The notes under the pieces were generated by a model. It saw only the letters and a program-made list of their open reading frames with translations, ran no database searches and was not told where the DNA came from. From Eledone cirrhosa (Eukaryota): DNA of 64,000 nucleotides. Numbering within the stretch: the stretch's first letter is position 1; each line of letters opens with the position of its first letter. The translations under genes were made by a program, and so were the position numbers. Of the stretch, positions 52,189-64,000 are shown piece after piece. The DNA is taken from assembly GCA_964016885.1 (NCBI GenBank), contig OZ024743.1, positions 189,410,001-189,474,000 of the forward strand, in the 5' to 3' direction.

Positions 52189-52223
<35 letters not shown>

Positions 52224-52226
<3 letters not shown>

Positions 52227-53035
52227 TCATCATCATCATCATCATCATGATCGTCGTTTAAATCCATCTTCCACGCTTGCATGGGTTTGGATGGGAATTT
52301 TCCCACTTGAGGCAAGATTGGTTGTCTTGCTCGTATAGGACTGTCTGGCGGGTTTTCTACGGCTGGATGCCCTTCCTAACACCAACCATGTTTACATGTG
52401 GACTTGGAGGTTTTTACCATGTTACCTACACCGCCACATTACAGCGTGATCTCTGTTTTTTTGTCATGACACCTACACGACCTCATTTATTTCGGACTGG
52501 ATGTTGTGGTACCAACATAACTTTACATTGAAGGGGGTGGTGTGGAGGGGGGGGGGGGGTAGTTGGACGGGGGTGTATTTTTGTTAGAGGTGCCTACTGA
52601 CTGTAGGTTTCGCTTTGTACTTAGGCAAGGCGGGTCTTCTGTGTTGCTGTGTAGCACCAAAGATCTCGGTCCAGTGACATTGTCTTGGAGAGGTGTAAGT
52701 GTGTGAGGTCGGAATTTATCAAGTCGTCCCAGGTTTTTCTGGGTCTGCCTACTCCGTGGCTACCGTCTATTTTTATGGCCCTGCACTTTTTTTATACAGC
52801 TGTCGTCTTTCATGCGCATCACGTGCCCGTACCAACGTAGTCTTCTCTCGAGTAAACAACATCTGATCCCTCTTATTCCTAATTTCTCATTTAGATCGTT
52901 TATGCTTTGCCGTTCACGTATATTACTATTACACATCCAGAGGGGCATGCAAGCTTCGTTCCTTTCCAGTCTGCATATATCCTCTGCACACAATGCACAA
53001 GGCTCACTGCCATGTAACATTGCTGTTCGTATGCA
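52224..53035 (-). mobile_element. RTE LINE 3' end with long 3' UTR
   Basis: RLRWYGHVMR at ~52810-52845; UTR homologous to 12238-12660. Confidence 0.8.
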
Positions 53036-53090
<55 letters not shown>

Positions 53091-53230
53091 TAGAAGGGGG
53101 TATTTAATTTGTTGGAAATCTGACAAATATAAATATAAATGTTTATAACTGATTTAGAGCACTCAACAAGCTACTGGAGTTAATAATCAATGATATTAAA
53201 TAAATGGAAACTATATTTATAAAACCATAT

Positions 53231-53295
53231 TTATTTTATTATATATATTTCAAGGGTACCAAAAGACTTTGGTACGCTTTCTTCAGATAAAATAA
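53231..53295 (-). ncRNA. Type I minimal hammerhead ribozyme
   Basis: Reverse complement of 53441-53507. Confidence 0.82.
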
Positions 53296-53440
53296 AAAAA
53301 TTGTTTTATAAATAGAGACAAACCCAGGAAAATCATACCTTATCAGTTGGATATTCTCTGGATAGTCTATCTTATCCAGAGAATATCCAACTGATAAGGT
53401 ATGATTTTCCTGGGTATGTCTATATTTATAAAACAATTTT

Positions 53441-53507
53441 TTTATTTTATCTGAAGAAAGCGTACCAAAGTCTTTTGGTACCCTTGAAATATATATAATA
53501 AAATAAA
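53441..53507 (+). ncRNA. Type I minimal hammerhead ribozyme
   Basis: tttattttat-CTGAAGA(53451-53457)-aagcgtaccaaa..tttggtaccctt-GAAA-tatata-TA^-ataaaataaa. Confidence 0.85.
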
Positions 53508-53561
53508 TATGGTTTTATAAATATAGTTTCCATTTATTTAATATCATCGTATATATATATA

Positions 53562-53890
53562 TGGCTTAGTGGTTAGAGCATTGGCCTTGCAATCGAAAGG
53601 TTGTGAGTTCAATTCTCAGACTGGGTGATGTGTTGTTTCCTTGAGCAAGAGACTTTATTTCACATTGCTCCAGTTTACTCAGCTGTAGAAATGAGATGAT
53701 AGGGACTGGGGTCCCTATCATTCCACTGCAAAGTGGTCGTGGAGGTGCCATGGCAAAAAAGCACCCAGCACTCACTGTAAATGAGGTTGGTGTTAGGAAG
53801 GGCATCCAGCTGTAGAAATCATGCCAGAATCAGTTCTCGTCCCACCCCTGCAAGCAGGGAAAAGTGGACGTAAAATGAAATGATGATGAT
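53562..53890 (+). mobile_element. Family B SINE
   Basis: A/B boxes, body, RTE tail. Confidence 0.85.
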
Positions 53891-56800
53891 ATGTATGTAT
53901 GTATAGTATTAATATATAAGGGAACAAAGAATCAGTGTTGCATCATATACATATTTAATTACATATTACATATGTTTCACAGTCAATCAGCTCGTGGAAT
54001 GATCTTTTTAATGGTCGAGCCTGACTCTGGAATCAGAAGCTTCTCAGATACGTTTTAACATGAAGACTTGCGTCTATATGATGAAAAATATTACTATATA
54101 TAATCTAAAGACAATTGAAATGAGTGAATAAAAAAGATATATGGAAATGTGCATTATCGTTTATAATGAGATCAGATGTAGCTATAGTTAGTTAAAACTA
54201 AAGAGACGGATAAGGAGTGCAAGTGTTTCTGGTGAATATTTAAGTACAGAACAATTCTGCAATATGGAAAAGATGATGGCTTAAAAGACAATGTACATGA
54301 ACACATGACACTGATAAAAAGCATTAAATTCTAAAGGTGTTCTTGCTTTAGAAATGCCACAGAAGTTTAAATTGCATCATAAACTTAACATTTAAATTTT
54401 ATCTCTTGTGTTTCAACATTAAGAAAAAACTAAATTCGCCTGTTTTTATTATGTTAAAATTTCTACAGTGTTTTCATCTGTAAATTTATATTTATCTCTA
54501 ATTGTTACACAACATAGGTAACAATTTAACTTTCAGAACCTTTTGCTTTTCATCAAAACAATACTGATCTTTACACTTTAGCTTGTCTGCCATATATATA
54601 CTAGCACTAAGCCTTTATAAGGCAATAAGGTATTTTCGATATGATTGCTTTACCTACCAAAATATTTGCTAAATCTCCCCCAAATTACACCTAAAATCTT
54701 AGAAATGCACATGTTGGATAATATGATTGTGGGTTTTCTCTAGATAGGAAAACGAGTGAATGATCATGGCTAGACTACCTTTGACTGTAGGTATGCCAGA
54801 TCAAGTTTAAATAATAACAGAGCTTGTATGTTAAATATTTCCAAGAAATATGAAAATGTAAATCTTATTGAAATAACATTTTAACTTTTATAAGAAAGAT
54901 CAAAATAAATAAATAGCGAAAAAAGGTAGATAAAACTTAGTTAAGTCACCCCTTTCCCCCAGCTTAAGCATTTATAAGAAACATCAAAATAAACATTTAT
55001 TGAAATAACTTTAAAACATTTTATAAGAAAGATCAAAAGTTATACAGAAGTGAAATATGAGAGAAGTTTCATTTACTATGAATTACTCATATGAACACAT
55101 TGATAGTGATAGTTGTGCTGGTGGTTCTAATTGGTGCATTTCAGATACAAGTTTGTTTACAAGTGTCTGTGAAGATTTGTGAAGAAAGATAGTGTCATCA
55201 AATTGTAAGAAATAAAAATATGAAGATGAAAACAGAAATTTTAAGTGAGTGTGTTGGATATTTTACATACAGCATTAAAGTAGATAAATATTTGTGTCCT
55301 ATCCACTATTTAGAGTTACCAAGTTGGCTTTTTTATGCCAAATTTCTGGAATCTTTTCATTTGGTTGGCTTTATAATATCAGTTTGATTTTTTTTGTTTT
55401 TTCCTGGTTTTATTCTTTAATGTAGTTGGAATTTTCATATTTAAATCATAAAACATATTATTAAAAAAGTATTTTCACATAACATACCATTGATATGAAA
55501 TGAGCCATGGACATAAGCCATAAAAATCTTCTCATTTTACAGACACATTTCACAGCTCCATGTAATTTTGTGAGTGCTACTCTCAACACACACCATATGT
55601 AGCTATAGATAAACATTGCTATTTTGTTGGCACTATTGTGCTATTGTTACTGGTCATTACAATGTTTGTGGGTTGTTAGTGGTGGTAGTATTGGATTTTG
55701 TGTCGGTTAGGTAATAGTGCTGGTGCTGGTGGCTGTGTTTTAGTAGGTGATATGGTGGTGGTGTTTATTGAACTGATAGTAGTTGTGTTGTTGTTAGTGT
55801 TGGCAGGGATAGTGGTGTTGTTCTTAGTGTTACATTACTTGTGTTGTTAATGGCATTTGATTTGATAGTATTAGTATTGTTATTCATGATTGTGGTGGTG
55901 GTGGCGTTCGTATTATTGTTGTTGTTTAGTTTGGTTAATTATTAATAAGACCTATGATCAAATGCATTTTAGCAATTATTTAATATACATCTAGCTTTAC
56001 ATTATCTACAATGTCTTTTTTAAAGATAGTAAGATGAGTGTGGTTTGAAAGGAAATTTGGTTGTTTTTAGTAGTGGTCTATCAATGTATAATGCCATGCA
56101 ACTGATTCAACACCATTTATCCTATAATCTACTACTCCTTTCCTTTCAATTGATACAGTTTTGATACACACATACACAGATAAACTTGGAAGATCATGTA
56201 CTTTCACATATACATTGTCTTTTAACTCTTTTGTAACTATTTGCAATGGGACACACTGCCTATGACTTCAAATCATTCCAAAAATAATCAAGAATATGAA
56301 AATACTTAATACAACTATTACATTTTTCATTATTTATCTGGTCTTTTGAACTTAACCTAACAAAGCTTCTTACATTAAATTATGATATAAGATTTTTAGA
56401 TGAATTTAAACACTTTGCAGTTTAGTGTCTAAGGGTTAGAGAAATATTCACAAATGCACACATACATATACACCTACATACTAAGTGAAACATGACTGTA
56501 TGTGTTTATAGAGGCATGCACGCAAACCAAATAGGCATAGTACATAAAGTCTACGTTTATAGCTACACATTCATAGACAGTGGATAACTGCTCATATAGA
56601 AATCTAGCTGTGATTAATCTAATCCTTCTGAGTGACTACTTAGTTTCGGCTTGCTTTTGTTCTTTGCTGTGATTTCATGTGCTTTATTCATGACCATATA
56701 AACAAAGACATGGAAACCATCTTATCAGATCAGTTTTATGCATGTTAATAAACAGGAAGAGATGTTTGGGTGAAAAAGGCTGTTGATAGTTCATACTCTA

Positions 56801-57299
56801 CATATTGCAAAGTTTGCCTTTGTAATATTTTTCCAAGAAAAAGCAAACCCTCAAATCATGAAGAGATGCCAAACACAGTGCAATGTAGCATGCTCTCCAT
56901 TCCAAAATAACGATAATATCAAATCTGCAGGGTTGCGGATTGCTGTGACTTTAACCCACCATTGTGCAATGCATAGAGTTCACCATCAGGAGCACATAAA
57001 TTTACAGAAAACTAAACGCTCTTATTTAACCATTTACATACCAAATTGGCTGAAACTGCCACTGATTCTATATTACAAAACTGCATATTTTAAAGTTTTA
57101 TTCTTCTAAAAACCTTCCATCATAATTTTATGTAAAAACCCTCATTAAGTTGAGTTCTAAATCCCAGCTTAATAATGTTAAGGTTAACTATATTACTAAA
57201 TCACTGAAATTCTTTACTATTTTCAAAATTATTTGAACATTATAGTCAGTCTCTTTCATTAGAAATGTAGTAATGAAAGGGGTCAAAATAATTATTTCA

Positions 57300-58650
57300 C
57301 CTTCACTAAAACCAATCTATATTGAAGATTTTCAAAGTAAGAATATGCTGTCAATTGTTAATGACTCCAGAGATATTTCTACTCAGAAACATTTGTGCAT
57401 TTTAATTCGTTTTTAAATGATCAGAAAAGTAAAAATTTTACTGAAGGTTTTACATTTATTTCCTGTGAAAGAGTCCTGAGAAAATATATAAAATATCATT
57501 AATGTAGAAATATCACAAGACGATTTAGTTTTACATCATATGGTGCTTCAAACATGGTTGATAGCAACAACTCCAAATGATCTAAACTAAACACATATCA
57601 CCTTTTTGTGTACATCTTATGATTTGTCATTAATTAGTATTGCACTATATATTCACAGCTGCTATCAAATATAAGATATCTGCTCTCTGAAAGTCTCCAA
57701 TTATTTATGCACTATGAAATAAGGAGAAATATATCTAAGGTGTTTTTTAAGTTAACAAGTAGTGTTACAGAGCTTGTATCATCGGGAAATGTTCCTCTCC
57801 TCTTTGAAAAAATGTTAATCTAATCTGTGTCTCAAACATGAAGAGTAATGTTTAATATTTTGATGAATTAGGAAAATCTTAAGGTTAATTTTATTGTTAT
57901 TGAACTATCCATGTAAGATTCAAAGCCAGGATCATAAAGAATGTTAAACCACAAAACATTACTTTTTCTTTGAATATGCAACACCTGCTGAGCAAGAATT
58001 TGAAAATTTTTAGATATTTTTGAATTTCAAAGCTGATTCCCAGGAAATGCAGCAAGAATTATTCCTGTATTACAAGAGTCTTCACAAGAGAATGCATGAT
58101 GCCAATAGACAGAAAAGTCATATTGATAAAGTTGATTTTAGTATTAAATTATCAGCAGAATGTAACAAGTTCCTGCAGAAGATCTACATGAAACTCGGAT
58201 AGAAATAATATCCATTTTGAATATTATGCGAAACAAATTTTTTAGTATTATTGAAGAATGGTACAGAAAATTATTTTTTCTTGATTGGAATGAAGTTCCA
58301 TTTAAGAAAGATAGATTTTATACAAAAATGGAAACATTTTGGAATTGCGTACTTCAATTTCAATTGTTCAAGCAGTTTATCTATCCCCTTTGCCCTCACA
58401 TGCTTAGCAACACTAATTAGTAATGCTGAAGTCAAGACAATATACTCATTTGTATCATTGGCCAAAACAAATCGGGAATGAAATGCAGTTCAAACTCCTT
58501 GAGAATTGGGGTCCACTCACAAATGTTGTAAGAAGTTTGCTACATATACATAGTAAAAGGATTATTTACTGTGAAAATAAAACTAAAAGCATTACAACAG
58601 TACCTGAGTCTAAATATGATCTACAGATTCCTGTGTACAACTGAGTTCTG
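57300..58650 (+). mobile_element. hAT-like transposase remnant
   Basis: QKHLCILIRF; ALTCLATLISNAEVKTIYSFVSLAKT resembles the SNA.VER.FS dimerisation motif; many stops. Confidence 0.55.
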
Positions 58651-58869
58651 TAAACACATTCTAGAAATATAATGTCCTGAACTGAACAAAACTAGGGCAT
58701 GACTCAATTTCTAGCACAACATAATGCTGTCAATCATTGTGTTCTAAAATGGTGTGAATCAAAGCTTTTCTTAGATAATAATGTAATTTGAGAGAGATTT
58801 CGCTACTTAATCTAGCAAGTTGAGCAACGATTTTGAGGTTTAGGACAGTAATAATATTAATAATAATAA

Positions 58870-59735
58870 TAATGTTTTCTTTATTGACCACAAAGGGTTT
58901 ACATGAAAATACATTAATGAGAGAACAGCATGGGACAATGTGGGTTTCTACCTGTAAATGAGTATAAAACAATAACATAGGATGTAATAAAAAAATAGAA
59001 ACAAAAGTAAATTCCCCAATAGGGGGAAGACTTCCGAGGGTTACTCATGGAGAAAGCCCACAAAAGAAACAGTCACCCTGAATTCAAGGGCAAGTGCCCT
59101 CTCCCAGGGGTCCTCCCTCAATCTACAGGCACACTCTCAGAGCGGGCCCATTCACTTGGACCATGTTCACCTCTTTCGCCCACGTCTCAACAAATTGATT
59201 TGAAGGCAGTACTTCTTTCAACACCCTGATTTTCCTCTTCAAGTGAAACCTGAAGAAGTTACTCAGGGAGTCGCCGAAGAGGAAAGTGCCCATCTTCAGC
59301 CCTTTCAAATATGTCCACCATACAACCTCTTTTACCATGACCACCAGACCGATAAAAACAGCCTACCCTACTTGGCAGCGGAAGGGCAGGTGTTCAAGGT
59401 AAACCTAGAAGCCAGCGATACTGGACATGTCCATGCACGAATGTTTCATCACTCTTCATGCATCTTGGACATATCTGGCTGAAGACACTTCCATGCCTGT
59501 AGAGCTTATCTCTAACTGGCAACGCTCTCCAGTAGTACTGCCAGGCCAGGGATTTCTGGAAGTTAACCAAAGGCCCTGGACCTAAAGTTCTGTGGAAGAG
59601 AATGGCTAGTTGGTTTTCATTGATGCCCTGAGTTTCCTCAAGAATGTCATCGCTTTTACCCATCACTAAGCCTCTATATCATGCCAAGGTGGAGTTTTGA
59701 TCGATCATAGTGCCTGTTTGGCTGAGGGCTGTGAA
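58870..59735 (-). mobile_element. L1/Tx1-clade LINE 3' end (zf-RVT region)
   Basis: LAWQYYWRALPVRDKLYRHG..CPRC..DETFVH. Confidence 0.75.
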
Positions 59736-59741
59736 TAATAA

Positions 59742-59950
59742 TTATGGTTCCTGATTTAGGCTCAAGGCCAGCAATTTTAGGGAGATGGGAAAGTCGATTA
59801 AATCAACCCCAGTGCGAGACTGGTACTTTGTTTTATCGACCCCCTCAGGGTGAAAGGCAAAGTTAACCTTGGCCGGATTTGAACTCAGATCTTAAAGGGC
59901 CGTAACTCTATGACGAAATTCATACTGTCCAATGCTTTACCAATGCTGCC
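59742..59950 (-). mobile_element. Family A SINE
   Basis: B-box and conserved body. Confidence 0.75.
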
Positions 59951-61787
59951 AAATAATAATAATAATAATAAACATGATAATATTAATAATTAATGATATG
60001 AGAATACTGATGTTTAACATGGACAACACTGATTGGGATAGGGACAATGCTGAAGGTGGTGGCGGAGGTGATGGTCATGGTCGTGGTGGGATGGCTGATG
60101 CTAGTAGTGGTAGTAGTGGTGGTCATAGTGATAGTGGTGGTGATAATGATGATGATCGTTTTGATGATGGTGATGCTTGCAATGATGATAACATTAAGAT
60201 ACAAAAGATACTGCTGTCGATGGTTATGGTGGTGGTGGTGGTGGGGATGACTATTTGTGTGTAAACATGTTACAAGTATTTGTACATGTGCTTATGCCTG
60301 TGAGCATGTATACACAAGATTGTTTATGTTCAGATATCTGAATGTGTATGTGTGAGAGAGTCTGATTGTGTGTTTCAATGTTTATGTGTATGTTAAGATC
60401 TTTCTCTAATAGAATTTATTCTTTATCTGTTTTATTAGATAGGTTTAGCCAGTGGTGTGATGTTGGTGCAGCTGGTTTGCTGGGGTAGGATACTTAGTGA
60501 AGATAAAATCCTAAACAGCTATTATGGTGTCCATTAGAAATTTTATCTAAAAACCTTAAGTCTATTTTCATTGATTCTGTGGAGAAGTGATGAAATAAAA
60601 TTGATTAGTTCTTATTTGCAGTGACTGTGAATAAGATAATGTATTTTGTTTCTTGTGTGTGTTCCTTCTATTGTCATTGTGTGTATCTATTTCTTTATAT
60701 ATCTATCTATTCATCCAGTCATACAGCCAACCATCTATCTATTTATTATGAAGGTATGTGGGATCAGGGTTAGGATGTTAGGTTTATAATCATAAGGCTG
60801 TGGGTTCATGTGTCTGTGAACAAGGCATTTTATTTCCAATTGGTCCAATCTACGTCGTTGAAAAAAATGAGTAGCAACATCAGTTAACAGTTGAGCTTTC
60901 AATGGACTAGTATCCAGTTTAAATCTTCCATTACCATATTTCTCATAGAAGACATTGTTTATGATTTTTAAATAATTTTCAATATAAAAATGTTATGGGC
61001 TTTAATAATATAGTTCACATTCACAAACCAAACATACACCTCACTCAGAAGTAGACCATGAGCAAGATGATTGGATAACTTCCATGAGCTCAGTTTGTCT
61101 TGCATAGGGATCAAGCCAGATCAATTGAAACTCAAGGTGTTTGTGTTACAGGCATAATAACAATGAGTAGATATAAGCAAAATGTTTACACTATATGATG
61201 TCTTTGTAGATTGTGATGTGTAAGAGAGTGATAGGTTAAACCTATGTGTGAAGAATGTAAGAAAGTAAGTGAAGAGGGCTGTGATGGGCCAAAATAGCCC
61301 AGTCTGTGTTGCATGCCAAAATAGCCCAGCCACAGCTAACAACCACTAAGTGAAAAACGTGGGATTGAGCAAGAATGAAAAATGAACATTGCTGTTAACT
61401 TGTTTAGCTTTGAATAGTTGAAGGTGGTGTCATGGTAAATTTGTATTGGAAATGATGTATGTTGAATAGGATAAGAAAATACACTACACAACAAAATTAA
61501 GAAAAACATGATTTCACTACATAACAATTTCATAACCACCCACCTATTTAAATTCCAATCTACAAAAAATAAATTAACAAGATAGCCTTTACATGGCTTG
61601 CTAACCTGTGAGAAATAGGAGCCAAATCTCCTTCAAATCACACCACATCATCTTAAAATATGAAAGAGGTAACATTGGATAATACAGTGCTCCCTCTGTT
61701 ATGTGGGAAGCGTCATGACAGGAACAACTTTTATTTTATGTATGTTTGAATAAGATCTAGACTGAGCCAAGACAATAAGAACAATTA

Positions 61788-61942
61788 CCGTATTTCCCGC
61801 TGTCAAAGACGCTACTTTTTTTCTAAAATAAATCTCAAAAATCTATAATTCGTCCTGGAGGCCGAAGGTTGTTTATTATTTTTTTTGTCAAAATTGGGGT
61901 GTGTCATCGAGGATGAAATGTCTTCGGCACCAGGAAATACGG
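61788..61942. mobile_element. Tc1/mariner-superfamily (pogo-like) MITE
   Basis: TIRs CCGTATTTCC / GGAAATACGG flanked by TA on both sides. Confidence 0.8.
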
Positions 61943-62392
61943 TATCTGCTCTTATATCTAGGCCTACACTTATCTATTAAACTTTTCTAACTATCTATCT
62001 ACTTGTCCAACCAACATCTCAATTTATTGACCAACCAGCCAACCAATCACTTTACCCAACACTTTGCGAAAAACTTTCTCAACTATCTAGAATACTTGAT
62101 TAACATTATCAAACCACATCAGTTTCCCCATCTTCTTTTTCTTCATTTTCTCCTCCTCATCATCATCATCATCACCACCACCACCACCACCACCTACTCC
62201 TACTCCTCCTCACTACTTTAATCATACTCCTTCTTTATTATTATTACCACCACCATCAACATCATCATCCCCACCTACCCCTACTCATCCTCACTACTGT
62301 CATCATAATCCTTACCCTTTTCCATCATCAGCATCACCAACATCATTATCACCCAATTTAAGGATACCATAACTAAATATCATTATGTTAAC

Positions 62393-62484
62393 TACTTTGC
62401 CTTTCATCCTTACGGGGTCAATAAAATAAAGTACCAGTAATGCACTGGGTAATTGCTGGCCTTGTGCCAAAAGTAGAAACAATT
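62393..62484 (+). mobile_element. 5'-truncated family A SINE with target-site duplication
   Basis: Flanked by direct repeat ATTATGTTAACTA. Confidence 0.85.
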
Positions 62485-62759
62485 ATGTTAACTAAATTTA
62501 TTCTGCATGTTATTCTTTAGGCCTATTATCCATTCAGATTCACCAAGATTTTCTTACAAAATAAAAAAAAAACAGTTTTAAGGGGGAAAAGAAGACTTTT
62601 TGAGTAAACTCATTACATTTCTCTTACTACATTTCCAATTTTAAAAACTGTATCAATCCTGATTTTTATTAGTAAGATATCTCTCTCTTGTTATACTTTT
62701 CATTTAAAAAACTGTATCTATTTTGATTCTCATAAATAATTTAAAATGCAGGTCTTCCT

Positions 62760-63470
62760 TCAGGTGAATCAAGCCTGGCTTGGACCAACATCACCTTGTC
62801 TACCCCTGATCAATTTGGCAGCCAAACAGTACTGCATGGCTCAATTCAGTGCCCATCTCATCAACTGGTACCCTTCTTAATGATAAGTGCACTCACATCG
62901 GAATGGCTCAACACTTCAGTCTCCATATGTGTGAGCCACACAAATGCTGTTCTATAGCTGTTGTTGATGAATTTTGGCCTGCACGAACTGTCAGGCTGCC
63001 AGAGCATAGGGCAGTTCCCCCAAACATGTCACACACAACAACATATTGAGAAGGGGCCTGGTGCAGTTGGTTTCCCATCACAACTGGAGCCAGCAGGCTT
63101 CGACCGCAAAGATGGTAAGTGCCCCAACAGAATTATGCTCTTCCCATTCGAAGGAGGTAAATACCTCATCTGGGATGTGACATGCTTTGGCCACAAACCC
63201 TGTACTGTGGCCTGCAATGCAGAGGACAGGAAGACAAGCAAATACTGGGGCTTGTCTGACTATTTCCTTTTTGTACTGGTTTGCATCAAGATCTCAGGCA
63301 TCCTTGGACCCAATAGAACCAAGCTTCTCCATAAGATGGAAACATCAGTAGCTCATCTGAGGAAGGAGCCTCGCAAAGTGGAGTGTATGTTGCAGTGGGT
63401 GTCACTGGCCATTGTCTGCTGAAATGCCTTTGCAGTTTTGTCCATGGGGCACAGCCAAAACTCTGGCCTG
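62760..63470 (+). mobile_element. CRE-like non-LTR retrotransposon C-terminal restriction-like endonuclease remnant
   Basis: C..GLHELSC, EP.G.DRKDGKCPNRIMLFPFEGGKYLIWDVTC (decayed RPDG..WDVT motif). Confidence 0.7.
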
Positions 63471-64000
63471 ACCTAGGTTTAGGGTTTATTATCTTCTCTT
63501 TCTTCTGATGTCTAATAGTCCTTGTTCTGTCCCTCCCCTTCTTCTCATTTATGGCATTTATAGTCCTTTACTTTACTTTCTTATACAGCCAGATCTGCCT
63601 TTCTTTGCCCCTTCCCCTTTTTTCATTACTTAATTTTGTTTTTATCTTTTTTAAATATTTCCATCATCTAAAATTCAACACAATACTGAAGAGATTCAGC
63701 TCAGATTGAAATACATATATGTGATTGGAATTCTATGATTTTTATTGTCTTTATTACTATGAACTAGATTTCATGTAATTCTACAGTTGAATTTTAATTA
63801 GTGTTATGAAATAGCTAAGTAAGAAATAAAGGGATCAACCAAGGATAAAATGGATAAAGCTTGTAGATAGAAATGCTTGTGAATTTTAAAACAAAAAGTA
63901 AATTTAATCAAATTCAATGATTCAGTTATGTTTTCAGACTTAAATTTAGAGATGTAGCAGTCTGAGTTGGCAATTGATGGAATTGTTAGTATCTGATTGA

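Larger units (their letters stand above)
53090..53547. mobile_element. ORF-less fold-back element, ~175-bp near-perfect arms, two opposed HHRs
   Basis: 53190-53364 pairs with 53373-53547, 8-nt loop. Confidence 0.9.

Noticed and set aside
53562-53625. tRNA-like sequences with A/B boxes
   Set aside because: SINE heads continuing into SINE bodies, not tRNA genes
59932-60264. Gly/Asp-rich 110-aa ORF
   Set aside because: Degenerate (GGT/GAT)n trinucleotide repeat
60420-60540. Possible exon after a polypyrimidine-AG
   Set aside because: Stops in the frames checked and no clear donor

Overview
AT-rich, microsatellite-dense eukaryotic DNA with no intact host gene I can support. The SINE, RTE and microsatellite landscape suggests an octopus or other coleoid cephalopod (inference). 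The window is almost entirely nested, decayed mobile DNA: Penelope-like elements (PLEs; RT + GIY-YIG, Naiad-like and Neptune-like), RTE, L1/Tx1 and CRE-like LINE remnants, two tRNA-derived SINE families, an LTR remnant with a tRNA-Ser-like PBS, and Tc1/mariner, hAT, Academ-like, Helitron and MITE remnants. The main hidden signal is RNA-level: about 25 complete or partial type I hammerhead ribozyme (HHR) motifs on both strands, mostly at PLE 3' ends. They include recurrent core variants (compensatory U3-A8, U4C, U4A) and a family with an ~80-nt structured insert in stem II. Many sit in head-to-head fold-back insertions, including ORF-less 100-460 bp palindromic elements with an HHR on each strand. 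All motifs were read by eye; no folding or database search was run, coordinates of decayed elements are approximate, and cleavage activity is untested.
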